From Chiloscyllium plagiosum (Eukaryota), in the NCBI RefSeq assembly GCF_004010195.1, contig NC_057720.1:34778453-34835911 (forward strand): DNA of 57,459 nucleotides, given 5' to 3'. Every line of letters starts with the position of its first letter. The first letter of the stretch is position 1. The notes beneath the pieces are model-generated. The model was not told the DNA's origin, did not search any database, and was given only the letters and a program-made list of their open reading frames with translations. The position numbers and the translations under genes are program-made. This document shows positions 23,211 through 34,934 of the stretch, one piece after another.

Positions 23211-24340
23211 CTTGAGTGGTGGGAAACACAGTTTGATAGCAGAAAGCTGTTTGTGTGACTGGAGTCTGATGTCCAGTGGTGTGCCACAGGAATCAGCGCT
23301 GCATCCTTTACTATTTGTGATATATATAAAACAATATCGATGGGAAAGTGGGAAAGGGTGATAAGTAAGTTTGCAGATGACATGAAAACTTGCCAGATGG
23401 TTAATAGTAGGAAAGAAGGTCTTAGGTTAGAGGAAGATATTGACGGGTTGGTCAGATGGTCGAATCAGTGGCAGATGGAATTTAAACTTGAGAAGTGTGA
23501 GGTTATGAACTTTGAAAGAAATAACAAGACAAAGGGACATTCAATGAATGGCAGGACACTGAAGCTCAGAGGAACAGGGAGATCTTGGGGTGCTTGTCCA
23601 AGGGAGAGGACAGGATAATAGACTAGTTAAGAATTCCTGAAGAAGGGCTTATGCCCGAAATGTGAATTCTCCTTCTCCTTTGATGCTGCCTGACCTGCTG
23701 CGCTTTTCCAGCAACACATTTTTAAGCTTAGTTAAGAAGCCATATCAGACACTTGCCTTTATTAGTTGTGGCATAGATTCCAAGGGCTGGGAGGTTTTGT
23801 TAGAAATGTACAAAACTTAAGTTTTGCCACTCCTGGAGTATTGTGTAGTTCGGGTCACTGTACCGAAGGATGTGATTGCACTGAAGGGATTCACCAGGAT
23901 GTTGCCTGGGATGGAGTTATGAAGAAAAACTGGATAGGCCTGGTTGATTTCTTTAGTTCAGAGGAGGATAAGGAAAGACCTAATTGATGTATGTACAGCT
24001 ATGAGCGGCATTGGCAAGGTGAATAGAAAGCAATTGTTCCCCTTAGTTGGAGGGTCACTAATGTGGGTGCATAACTTTCAGGTGAAAGGAGATCTTTCAG
24101 ATTTAGAGGAGATTTGAGGATAACATTTTCACCCAAACGGTGGTGGGAGTCTAGAATGTACTGCTGCTGAGAGTCATTAAGGTGGGAAACCTCATTATCT
24201 TTAAATTGCACTTGAATGAGCACTTGAAATGCCATAACATTGAAGGCTATGAACCAAATGCTGGAAATTGGGATTAGTGTGGATAGGCCAGTGCAGACTT
24301 GATTGGCCAAAGGGCCTCTTCCTTGCTGTGTGACTTTGTG
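23210..24340 (+). mobile_element. CR1 RT/3' fragment
   Basis: SGVPQ motif and ORF 23340-23618 (ISKFADDMK...QWQMEFKLEKCEVM); 3' terminus at about 24340. Confidence 0.85.
23634..23728 (+). mobile_element. 95-bp Penelope pLTR insertion starting at a degenerate hammerhead motif
   Basis: TTC-CTGAAGA-AGGGCTTATGCCC-GAAA...; 10-bp TSD TAGTTAAGAA at 23624-23633 and 23729-23738. Confidence 0.88.
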
Positions 24341-24944
24341 GCATCTTAACCTCAGCCATTCATTTGTTTCAAATTGTCTCAGACAACTATTCCCTGCACA
24401 CCATGTCAAGACGGTGCACCACTTGGATGATGTCAGAAACGGGTAGAGGTATAATACATATCTCTAGGTCAACAATCAGTTTTATGATATTATTTCCAGT
24501 GGTGCTACAGACCCAAATTTGGCACCTCATAATTTTTCTTAAACTTTCTTTTTCTCTTTGCCCATCATTTGCATAGCAATTCTCTGATACTATCCATCAG
24601 GAATCCAGTGCAAAAAAAGCCTTTGTTTATCACAGAGGGAACACAGTATTCCAAATACCATTGACAAGAGTTTAGTTTAAAAACTGTAGCCCCAGGGCAA
24701 TGAGGCAATGCCCTGTCACCCAGCAATAGATTAACCAGGTCTCCCCATTCCACAATTAGCACTGTCTAATGACAGAAATGTGGTTTCCACAAGATTATTG
24801 TCACATTAGACCAGGGTGTAACCTGCATGTAGCAATATTGGAAAATTTGTTCTTTTTTTCAAAGGAAAGCAGAGACAACATGACATTGAATGTAATTAGC
24901 TTATCGTAAACAACTTAAAGAACTTTAATATAGTAATCAGCGTA

Positions 24945-25306
24945 TAAATGAAAGAAAGGTCTTTCATAATGTCTGAATGTCCCAAAATGTTATGAAATCC
25001 TTTTGAAGTGTGGTCCCTCTTGAAATATTGCAAACAAAGCAGCAAATTTGAGCAGACCAAGATTCCATAAATTAATATGTGATAATAACCAATTATTTGT
25101 TTTGAAAGAAACTTTAGCTATGATGTAACTATTATCTGGGATTTCCCTACTTTTCTGTGAAACTGTGCTATGGGATTTTTTTCTTACACCCAGCTGAGAA
25201 GAAAGACATGGCCTTGGCTCAACATCTAACCCCGAAGCCTGATCTTTCTGACAGCACAGATCTCCCTCAGGACTACACCAAAGTGTCACTCCATGTTTTG
25301 TGCTCA
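24945..25306 (-). mobile_element. Old Deu-domain (SacSINE1-like) SINE
   Basis: Minus strand reads TGAGCACAAAA..CTGAGGGAG..CTGTCAGA..GATGTTGAGCCAAGGCC..AAATCCCATAGCAC..CAAATTTGCTGC..CACTTCAAAAG, following the recalled Deu-SINE consensus order. Confidence 0.65.
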
Positions 25307-25913
25307 CCAACTAACAACAGAATAATATTTTTATTTGATAAATTTGCAAGCTTATCAATAGGATCACATTCAAAGGCTTTAGAAATATTGACAACCAGAA
25401 ATCAAAATTATGAACTTATTTGATGTTGAATTTCAGAAGGTTCGCAAATGAAAATGGTTTGGGTTGCTTTGACAGCTACAAATGTATATTTATCTTTAAG
25501 ACAGGTTGTCGTACTGATTTGATTACTTGTGAATGGAGGGATTCAAACAAAGTGACATATCCTAAGTCTTTATTAAAAAGATAGGATTATCCCAAAAGTG
25601 TGAATAACTGGCTTTGTTTAATTACATGTTTAAAACTTTAATCAAAGAATCCAATGTGTTTTTTCTTCTTTTTTCATTGTGCTTTATTTGAACATTTAAG
25701 AAAATGCCTTCTCCAATGCATAATTTTTTAAGAAGCCAACATGGTAATATCTTCTCAGAAATAAACAATTAAATGCTGGAAAATCATTTTATATAATGGT
25801 AAGATTTTGTAATTAATCAGATAAAATCTATAGTTTGTAACTGAATGGCTGTTCTTCCAAATGATTGATCAGCCAAAAAGCTTTGTTTTGCTTTCTGATT
25901 GGGTGATATTAAA

Positions 25914-26220
25914 TTAGATTACTTACAATGTGGAAACAGGCCCTTCAGCCCAACAAGGCCACACTGACTCTCCGAAGAGCAGTCCACCCAGACCCATTCC
26001 CCTACATTTACCCCTTCACCTAACACTACGGGCAATTAGCATGTCCAATTCACCTAACCTGCACATTTTATTTTGGACTGTGGGAGGAAACTGGAACACC
26101 AGGAGGAAACCTACACAGACATGGGGAGAATATGCAAACTCCACACAGACAGTTGCCTGAGGCGGGAATTGAAGCCGGGTCTCTGGCGCTGTGAGGCAGC
26201 AGTGCTAACCATGCTGCCCG
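25914..26220 (-). mobile_element. HE1-type SINE
   Basis: Homologous to 3385-3700. Confidence 0.9.
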
Positions 26221-26499
26221 TGTGGTATATTATTCCATATAGTTTGTAGTAAAATAGGAACAAGTTTAACATTCTTGTCATTTTCTCAAACATGGATAAT
26301 CAAAACTGAAAACAAAAACTGCTGGGGATCACAGCAGGTCAGGCAGCGTCCATGGAGAGAAAGCAAGCTAATGTTTCAATGTTTGGTGGTGGTGTTCCAC
26401 TGGGGTCATCTGAAGTGTCGGAGAATGATCCTTTGAATGCAGAGGCTTGTAGGATGAAAAGTGAGAACAAGGAGGACCTGGTCATGCCATTGTGAGTGA

Positions 26500-28150
26500 T
26501 AAGACCACAAGACCATAAGACATAGGAGCAGAAGTAAGGCCATTCGGCCCATCGAGTCCACTCCACCATTCAATCATGGCTGATGGGCATTTCAACTCCA
26601 CTTACCCGCATTCTCCCCGTAGCCCTTAATTCCTTGTGACATCAAGAATTTATCAATTTCTGCCTTGAAGACATTTAGCGTCCCAGCCTCCACTGCACTC
26701 TGTGGCAATGAGTTCCACAGGCCCACCACTCTCTGGCTGAAGAAATGTCTCCGCATTTCTGTTCTGAATTTACCCACTCTAATTCTAAGGCTTGTTTCAC
26801 GGGTCCTAGTCTCCTCNNNNNNNNNNNNNNNNNNNNNNNNNNNNNNNNNNNNNNNNNNNNNNNNNNNNNNNNNNNNNNNNNNNNNNNNNNNNNNNNNNNN
26901 NNNNNNNNNNNNNNNNNNNNNNNNNNNNNNNNNNNNNNNNNNNNNNNNNNNNNNNNNNNNNNNNNNNNNNNNNNNNNNNNNNNNNNNNNNNNNNNNNNNN
27001 NNNNNNNNNNNNNNNNNNNNNNNNNNNNNNNNNNNNNNNNNNNNNNNNNNNNNNNNNNNNNNNNNNNNNNNNNNNNNNNNNNNNNNNNNNNNNNNNNNNN
27101 NNNNNNNNNNNNNNNNNNNNNNNNNNNNNNNNNNNNNNNNNNNNNNNNNNNNNNNNNNNNNNNNNNNNNNNNNNNNNNNNNNNNNNNNNNNNNNNNNNNN
27201 NNNNNNNNNNNNNNNNNNNNNNNNNNNNNNNNNNNNNNNNNNNNNNNNNNNNNNNNNNNNNNNNNNNNNNNNNNNNNNNNNNNNNNNNNNNNNNNNNNNN
27301 NNNNNNNNNNNNNNNNNNNNNNNNNNNNNNNNNNNNNNNNNNNNNNNNNNNNNNNNNNNNNNNNNNNNNNNNNNNNNNNNNNNNNNNNNNNNNNNNNNNN
27401 NNNNNNNNNNNNNNNNNNNNNNNNNNNNNNNNNNNNNNNNNNNNNNNNNNNNNNNNNNNNNNNNNNNNNNNNNNNNNNNNNNNNNNNNTGTGGCACCTTA
27501 TCAAAGACCTTTTGGAAATCTGGGTAGACCACATCCACTGGGTTTCCCTGGTCTAACCTACTTGTTACCTCTTCAAAAAATTCCAACAGGTTTGTCAGGC
27601 ATGACTTCCCTTTACTAAATCCATGTTGACTTGTTCTAATCCGACCCTGCTCTTCCAAGAATTTAGAAACCTCATTCTTAATGATGGATTCTAGAATTTT
27701 ACCAACAACCGAGGTTAGGCTAATTGGCCTATAATTTTCCATCTTTTGCCTTGATCCTTTCTTGAACAAGGGGGTTACAACAGCGATCTTCCAATTATCC
27801 GGGACTTTCCCTGACTCCAGTGACTTTTGAAAGATCTCAACCAACACCTCCGCTATTTCCTCAGCCACCTCCCTCTAGGATGTAACCCATCAAGGCCAGG
27901 AGATTTATCAATTTTAAGACCTTTTAGCTTTTCTAGCACTTTCTCTTTTGTAATTGCAATCATACTCAACTCAGCCCCTTGACTCCCTTTAATTGTTGGG
28001 ATATTACTCATGTCTTCCACTGTGAAGACTGACGCAAAGTACTTATTAAGTTCTCCTGCTATTTCCTTATCTCCCATCACTAGGCTTTCAGCATCAGTTT
28101 GAAGTGGCCCAATGTCTACTCTTGCCTGTCGTTTGTTTCTTATGTATTCT
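26500..28150 (-). mobile_element. Young CR1 LINE, 5'-truncated, spanning an assembly gap
   Basis: ORFs 27853-28080 and 26675-27868 (KSPGLDG, VTPLFKKGSRQKMENYRPISLTSVVGKILE, QHGF..GKSCLTNL, DFQKVFDKVP); the 3' tail is at about 26500-26530. Confidence 0.92.
26817..27488. other. Assembly gap (N run)
   Basis: Run of N inside the CR1 RT region. Confidence 1.
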
Positions 28151-29477
28151 TATGATGGGACCGTGCAAGGGCAGAAGCACAGGTGATAGGTCAGATGAGG
28201 TTGATGGCTCTGACAACTACAGTGAGCAGGAAACCACAGTTATGGAAGAAGAAAGCCATGTCATTCCCTGTCTGGCAGTTAGACCCACCATTATTCTGCC
28301 ATTCTCACATTCCAATCACTTAATTTGAACTATCAACATCCTTTCTCCCCTAGGCCACCAACGACACCCTCTCAACTGCTCCCTCCATTATTGCATTAAA
28401 TGGTGCCCCCTCCACACTTCACTTCAAATCTGATGAAGAGTCTGCTAGACTCAATATGTTAGCTTGTTCTCTCTCCATGGATGCTGGCTGAACCACTGTG
28501 ATCTCCAGCATATTTTGTTTTCAATACAGATTTCAGCATTTGCAGTAATTTGCTCCTACATTAATAATCAAAATCCAGTTATGTTTGTATTTCATCCAAA
28601 GATATTTTTATTAAGGGTAACTGACCCAAAACATAAATTATAAATATATTTTGAAGTAAATACATGCTTCCTTAATATTTACTCATATTTACTACATGTG
28701 ATGAATTTGATGTTGCAATTATAAATGATTGTTCTAGTGAATGTGTTTTGTAAATGTGCAAGAGTAAAATTAAACTGCAATTTATTATAATTTGTTTGTG
28801 TGGCTAACGTATCTGTCTGAAATGCTAGACAAATGAATCACAGTTATCCTCTTCTCATGTATTGCCTCCTCAAAGAGTGATGATCAACTTGTCTGGCGTG
28901 CTAGAATAGAATAATAAGCACAAAAACAAATCAATAGATTTTATTCTCAAAATGAACCCAGAATGCTGCATCAAATGTATTCAATTCAAAAAGAAAACAA
29001 CATCATCATCATTACATTAAGAAGGCAATCTCATCAATGTAAGGTTAAATGCACAACTCAATGTTTCACAAGGCAGTCATGAGGATATATATTATAGCTA
29101 TTAGAGTTTTGTATGGTGTCACTACAAGAATGAACTCTAAGAAACATGCAATATCTTGAAGAGCTTTGGCTTACTAGAACAGTAAAAGCATTGATGGGTA
29201 CCTTTTTTAAAATGCTGTATTTTCTTAGGCAATACTAACGTCGTATTGCCAGAGGAATACTTGACAAATGCTTTTGTCAACCACATATTGCAAAACTGAA
29301 TTACTCACAAAGAAAAACATTCTATTATTGCAAATGCACCCTAAAATTGGTCTTTTTAGTCTGAGATTCATATTTAATAAGTATCTAACTTATTAATCAA
29401 TATTGTTTAATGCCTGGTAATTCATGTCATAAAGACATCTGATGATTTTACGACTGCAGGAAAGACTATGACAAAGT

Positions 29478-30245
29478 CAATTGATTAGTAATCCAGAGAC
29501 TCAGGCAAATGTAAATGAATCCAGGACATGAGTTTGTATTCCAGCACGGCATATAGTGAAATTTGAATTCAACTAATAAAATTATAATTCATCCAACATT
29601 GACCATGAAACCATTGTCAACTGTTGTAAAAACCCATTTGGTTCAACAATGTCCTGTAGGCAAGGAAAATCTGCCACTCTTACCTGTTTTACTTACACGT
29701 GACTCCAAACCATGACAATGTAATTGACTCTTAAATGGTTGAGTAAGCCACTTAGTTGTATTTAACAATTATAAAACCTGCTAAAAGGAGGAAACTGGAT
29801 AAACAACCTGGAAATCAACCAAAGCATACCAAAACCAAAACAATAACAGCACACACAGACCCATTGACCCTGTAAAGTCCTCCTTATCACCATCTAGGGG
29901 CTTATGCCAAAATCGTGAGAGCAGCCCCAAAGACTAATTAAGCAAAGCCAGTGGTTTTCATGGAGCCATACTTTACAGATAACATCTCCAGGCACCACCA
30001 TCACCATTCTTAGGTGTGTCTGTACCTCCAGCAAGATAGATCTACCTGATCTGTCTGTGCTCTAAGGGACTTAACTGCTTGACTGGGCCTATAGCGGGTA
30101 GTGGTGAGGGAGTCAACACGAAGTACCCAACATGAGAGATTTGAACTCATCCCCATCACTCGATATGCAACATACTCCTCTGTCCATAACAATACCAATT
30201 GGAGTGACCATGGCACAGTACTTTTGGATGAAAGGGATGAATTTT
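29478..30245 (+). mobile_element. 5' part of a LINE (probably family B): tRNA/SINE-like head followed by APE endonuclease remnant
   Basis: TAGTAATCCAGAGACTCAGG..GACATGAGTTTGTATTCC (degenerate B-box-like), then the block GTAAAAACCCATTTGGTTCAACAATGTCCTGTAGGCAAGGAAAATCTGCC, then RLIKQ..MEPY.TDN...TTITILRC...QQDR, similar to the endonuclease N-terminus. Confidence 0.6.
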
Positions 30246-30319
30246 ACCTGAAATCATTTAAGGGACAATTTTGGCTAATATCCTGGAGCAGATTGTCATA
30301 TTTTCCCACCCAGAATTAT

Positions 30320-31050
30320 TTGCCGCTATGGGGATATCCTGGGTTTCTGGCACTGCTTTATATTTAAAATGCAGCTATGTACCAGGTCAAATGCTCACAG
30401 TTGAGACTCCAGCTCATATTACTTAACCTGGATATGTCAGACATGCTTCATTCCAAGGGGAAATGGCTTCAAATAAGGTGGAGAGAGCCACGACAGATGG
30501 TGAGCACACTCAACATTAGCCTCCTCAACCCCTACGAGGAGAGAATCCTGGCACTAACGTGTGAGACTGTGTTCATGTGGTGATATCAAAACCTCCATGA
30601 AGTGGCAGGCAAATAAGATCATTGTCCATCCCTGTGTTACTCTTCTATTACCAACTCTGTGAACATACTTTTAACATGACTGATCTTCTACCTCCTATGG
30701 CCTACCCATCCTCTCTGTTGCCTCCTGCAGGAATGAGTGGCATTTGCATGTTTTTAGCAGCTAAAAGGCAGGCCCAGCAATATTGTTCCTCCCTCGCCTC
30801 TGAGGAAGAAGCCATGGATCCCTGAGGATGCAGTGAAAAGGCTGTTTTCTGTAACATCCACCAATTCATATTCTGGCACCTTGGTGAATATTTTCCCTAG
30901 ATTGGAAGTAAAAGCTGGTCAGCATATCACTGCCATATCTCTGAAGCTGGTTGAGAAAGATGTGTGATCTACCATTGATTTTGGGAATAGTTACAAAGTC
31001 TCACCCTCCTGTACAACTGATGCAGTGGGGATGAAAGCATAAATCTGGTC
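30320..31050 (+). mobile_element. PIF/Harbinger Myb/SANT gene fossil, copy 2 (exon 1 largely deleted)
   Basis: Shares the upstream TTTAAAATGCAG..TA(C/T)CAG block with 2092 and 32270(-); reads GEMASNKVERATTDG..LNISLLNPYEERILAL; 30820-30960 aligns with 3025-3150. Confidence 0.6.
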
Positions 31051-31069
31051 CACTGGGTATGAAATTCTT

Positions 31070-31312
31070 TGTCTATTTCATGCCCTCAAGATTCACATCA
31101 CATCTATAGGTATGCCTGGTGTTGTTCATGTTATAGCCTTCAGCACGTTTCATTGAACCAGTGGTGATCTCATGGCTTGATGGTAATGTTAGAGTGAAGG
31201 ATATGCCAAACCATGAGATGACAGATTGTGTTTGAATACCATTCTTCTGCTGATAGCCCACAATGTACCTTGGATGCCCAGCTGAGTTGTCAGATCTGTT
31301 CAAAGTCTATTT
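31070..31312 (-). mobile_element. LINE (family B-like) internal fragment
   Basis: Recalled similarity to the region between endonuclease and RT (minus strand NRSDNSAGHPRYIVGYQQ, with a frameshifted continuation). Confidence 0.5.
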
Positions 31313-31392
31313 TATCCTTTGTTCTTTTATTCTTTCCATTTTATGATTAGCTCCTTAAGACAACTTAGTTATTAAATATTGGTCAACTCCAA

Positions 31393-32320
31393 TCATCTGT
31401 CTTGGCTTTCTCTGCATAATTGGAAAGAGACAAAGGAAGAGACTGAGTGGGCTGGTGCAGGAGGGGGCCGGGGTGCAAAACTGATGGTGAGATATCGCAA
31501 GTGAGTTAGTAGGCAGTACAGAGGCCTTGCAGGATTAGTCATCTGGGGGTTTCGGGGTGGGTGAGAGTGAGTGAGTAAAGATGTAGCATGCAATAGTGCG
31601 AGTGGCAGATTGTTGGCGTTGATGCAGTAGCAGAGTTAGACTGAGTGCATGGTAGCATAGAGAAGATGGTGACACTTACCTTTGTGGAACACAGAAAATC
31701 AATAAACTGCTTGCGACATTGCTGAGCATTTCTCTGGCACATGGAAACTGCACTGACCTGGGAGGCAACTTCAAACCAGGCTGACAAGGTCTGCTCTGGT
31801 AGTGTCCTCTGATAGTCCTGAGGAAAGACAATGACCCTCCTTTGCACCAGGACCACAGTTTAAAGCTATTTAGGACTGAAATGAAGAGAAATTACTTTGC
31901 TCAGATAATGGTGAACCTGTGGAGTTCTCTGCCACAGAAAACAGTTGAAGCCGAAACATTGAACATTTTCAAGGAGTTAAGTATAGTTCGTGATGCCAAA
32001 GTGATCTAAGATATGGGTGAAAGGAGGAACAAGGTACTGAGTGGGATGATCAGCCATCATATTGAATATTAGATAAGGTTTGGAGAGCTGAATGGCCTAC
32101 CCTATTCTTATTTTCTATGTTTCTTCAACCCCTAGGTCCCTGTTAGCAAAGAAAGTTGCTAACTTCTCTTACTCATGCATCTCTGGGACAACACTCCATC
32201 CAAGAACGGGAAGTAAGAAGTGCAGCTTGTGAGTGACAGCATTTCACCTGGTGCACAAGTGCATTTTGAAAACAGGGCTGGCTCCTGAAATTCTGGGATG
32301 TCCCAGCAGTACCGGATACC
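31393..32320 (-). mobile_element. PIF/Harbinger Myb/SANT gene fossil, copy 3
   Basis: ORF 31539-31856 (VLVQRRVIVFPQDYQRTLPEQTLSAWFEVASQVSAVSMCQRNAQQCRKQFIDFLCSTK) is Myb/SANT-like and is followed by a perfect AAG|GTAAGT donor (31679-31674). The N-terminal KLATFFANRDLGV lies at about 32127-32165, beyond a CR1 insertion. Confidence 0.75.
31856..32125 (+). mobile_element. CR1 3' end inserted into the Myb exon
   Basis: TTTAGGACTGAAATGAAGAGAAATTAC...GCTGAATGGCCTACCCTATTCTTATTTTCTATGTTTC. Confidence 0.82.
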
Positions 32321-33056
32321 TCTGCTGCTGGTGAGTGAGTGATAGTACTAGTAGGGCACCAAAGAGACATGGTACAGACATAATGAGCAGAATGGCCTCC
32401 TTCTGCCTTGTGATATTTCTATTATTCTGTTAACATTAGTGACAAGCAGGTCCATGAGCTCCTCACACTTGTTGTTGAAGGTGAGGAAGGAGAGGATGTA
32501 GAAGAGGAGGAGCATAAGGAGACAACCTGCAGTCAAAAAGAATGTTGGGAGTTATCTTTGAATTCCAGGATGATGCTGGATTAATGAAGAGATTTAACAA
32601 CTGAAATGTTATCCAACCAGGTCTGGTGATGGATGGCCCAGCCAGCTTTGCACCATATACTTTCAAGATGTCTCCCTTGTACATAACAGAGTGTACTAGT
32701 GGTGTGGCCAGGATAACCGGGCTAAGAGAGAGAAAAGGGACTGAGACATCATGGGTGGAGGCAGGGGTGGTAAAGTACAACATTTCAATCAGTTAGAATT
32801 TTGTACCTTTAAATACATTTCCCCCCTTTTAAGATTACTCCATATCACCTTTTAGCAAACATTGCCTCAGTCAAAGTTCAAGTAAGCTACCTAAAATCTA
32901 AATGGAATTAAATTAAATTAAGATCGAGTCCTGCAATATCCATGATCTCCATCCACCAACATTGTTAACAGAAATACTGATATATCGAAATAGATCAAAT
33001 TCAGAATTGTTGGAGAGCAGCAATGTGCTTGTGCTAATGTGAGACCATTGATAGTG

Positions 33057-33273
33057 CAGTCCATTCTGATTTACCGCAATAGTTCTGTTCCCGTGCAATT
33101 CCACGTTACAAGAAAATCATGTAAGCAGCACCATTTAAACCAATGAGGCCAGAGTCATTTTTTAACTAATAAAGGTAAGGAAAGCTTGCGTTCTACAAAG
33201 AATGGTCTAAAATCTTCAATCGCATTATAGCCAACTCATGTTGAAGAAACAGGCAATATAGCAGAACCAACTG
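33057..33273. mobile_element. Old pogo/Tigger-like MITE
   Basis: Imperfect TIRs: left CAGTCCATTCTGATTTACCGC; reverse complement of right end CAGTTGGTTCTGCTATATTGC. The TA TSDs are mutated. Confidence 0.6.
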
Positions 33274-33904
33274 GAAGTGGAAGTGTTGGAAACTACTGAC
33301 ATCATGATAACTGATCTCGTATACTGCAGAAAAGGAAATAAATTAATGATAACCAAAGATATTCATTAAATAAAGAAGCATTCACTTGTGCAAACCACAT
33401 CTGAAATCCCATAGTTTAATGAAAATAACAAATGAAAATGCTGAAAAGATTTAACAAGTCCATCAGCTGATAGTGGAATCCTGCAAAGTGAAAATACCCC
33501 AAACCAGTCAGTGATTAACAGTTTTATGCATTAACATTTGAGCTATAGTCTCATCATTTTTGTATTATATATTTTCTTATAAAATCTTTTTCACAGGTAG
33601 CTAGGAGTATTTCATAGAAGTGTTAACACAACACCCTGCATTTGGAAAGCTGATTCCAAAAATCAATGGCTTAACAAAATTTCATTAAAGTATTACTAAT
33701 TTGGTGAATAAAGAAGGGACTTACCTTGAGCAGATCTCAGACAATAAAGAATGTGTACTCAGCAGGTGTGGTGACCATCCAAAAATAATGGGTAGGGTGC
33801 ATCTGTTTCCCCTGCTGTTATTAATTTCTGACACTCTGAAAACCCTCTGTTACTTGCCCAAATGGTTATTTGTCATTTATGAGATAAGCGTAACATGCAA
33901 TAGT

Positions 33905-34030
33905 TCCCAAGAAGGGTCACTGGACTCAAGACTCTGTTTTCCCTGCACAAACATTGTCAGACCTGCTGAGTTTCTCTAGTGATTCTGTTTTGATTCAGGT
34001 TCTTGGTTTTGCAGGGGTTTTTTTGTTTTA
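33905..34030 (+). mobile_element. Old Penelope pLTR fragment
   Basis: GAAGGGTCACTGGACTC..CAGACCTGCTGAGTTTCTCTAG..TTCTGTTTT is similar to the other pLTR tails in the window. Confidence 0.6.
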
Positions 34031-34197
34031 TTTAAGCTTAAAATGTTGTTCGGAATTATTCTGATTATCCAGCATAACTTCAGCAAAAAGTTCAATGGAA
34101 CACTTGAAGAAGCAACATAAATGCCCATTTATGTACAGTAATAAAGTGGAAGAGTTGGGAACAATATAACCATGAGCATTGTGAAGCAATTTATTTG

Positions 34198-34324
34198 TGA
34201 TTTGGAGATGCCGGTGTTGGACTGGGGTGTACAAAGTTAAAAATCACACAGCACCAGGTTGTAGTCCAACAGGTGCTTCCAAATAAACCTGTCAGACTAT
34301 AACTTGGTGTTATGTGATTTTTAA
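34198..34324. mobile_element. Penelope-like foldback mini-insertion, family 2
   Basis: Same sequence as 11963-12140 but with shorter arms; 11-bp TSD CAATTTATTTG at 34187-34197 and 34325-34335. Confidence 0.85.
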
Positions 34325-34835
34325 CAATTTATTTGGTTGGTGTACCACAGCACCATTTTATTCTCATTGATATGCAGTAGCCAGCAGGGGTCACTGAACA
34401 GGGTTCAACAATGAGAATTTTGGCTATTTGTCAGGCAGTTCAATGATGAGGACTATTCTAGTAATCTCTAGCATTGTTCCCAGCTTGAGATAAAATAATT
34501 CATTGATGAGTATGGAAATGCAATTTTTTTAAAAAATGATTCATTTTAGGAATTCCTTTTGCAGGCCAAAATGCTCCTATGTAAAATAGAACCAAACAAC
34601 ATTTTTGGGGCAAGCTCATTTCATTCTAGCAAAAGTATAGACCTACTCTTTACCATTGTGATTCAGGATTATTTAACTAAAGTTACTGATAACAATGCAT
34701 ATTACATTTGTATGAATATGGGAAAGTACATTCAAATACACATCAAAACTTTCCATTATGTGAATTGTCCATACTAAGTTACCCATAATGTTCAGGAATG
34801 TGAAGATTAGTTGCATTATTTAGAGATAAATATAG

Positions 34836-34934
34836 AGTAATAGAGTAGAGGAATGGGTCTGAGTGGGTTACTCTTCAGAGGGTCAGTGTGGACTTGTTGG
34901 GCCAAAGAGCTGTTTCCACACTCTAGGGATTCTA
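34836..34934 (+). mobile_element. HE1 SINE 3' fragment
   Basis: GGAATGGGTCTGAGTGGGTTACTCTTCAGAGGGTCAGTGTGGACTTGTTGGGCC..GTTTCCACACT is the reverse complement of the HE1 3' part. Confidence 0.8.

Larger units (their letters stand above)
26306..28563. mobile_element. Penelope-like element (family 3) with inverted pLTR ends, split by a CR1 insertion
   Basis: Left pLTR (-) at about 26306-26380 and right pLTR (+) at about 28430-28560 with CTGATGAAGAGTC..GACTC; 10-bp TSD ATAATCAAAA at 26296-26305 and 28564-28573. Confidence 0.75.

Noticed and set aside
26665..27868. Long ORFs of 242-397 aa in the track
   Set aside because: Artefacts of reading through the N gap; the real parts are CR1 ORF2 or its antisense.
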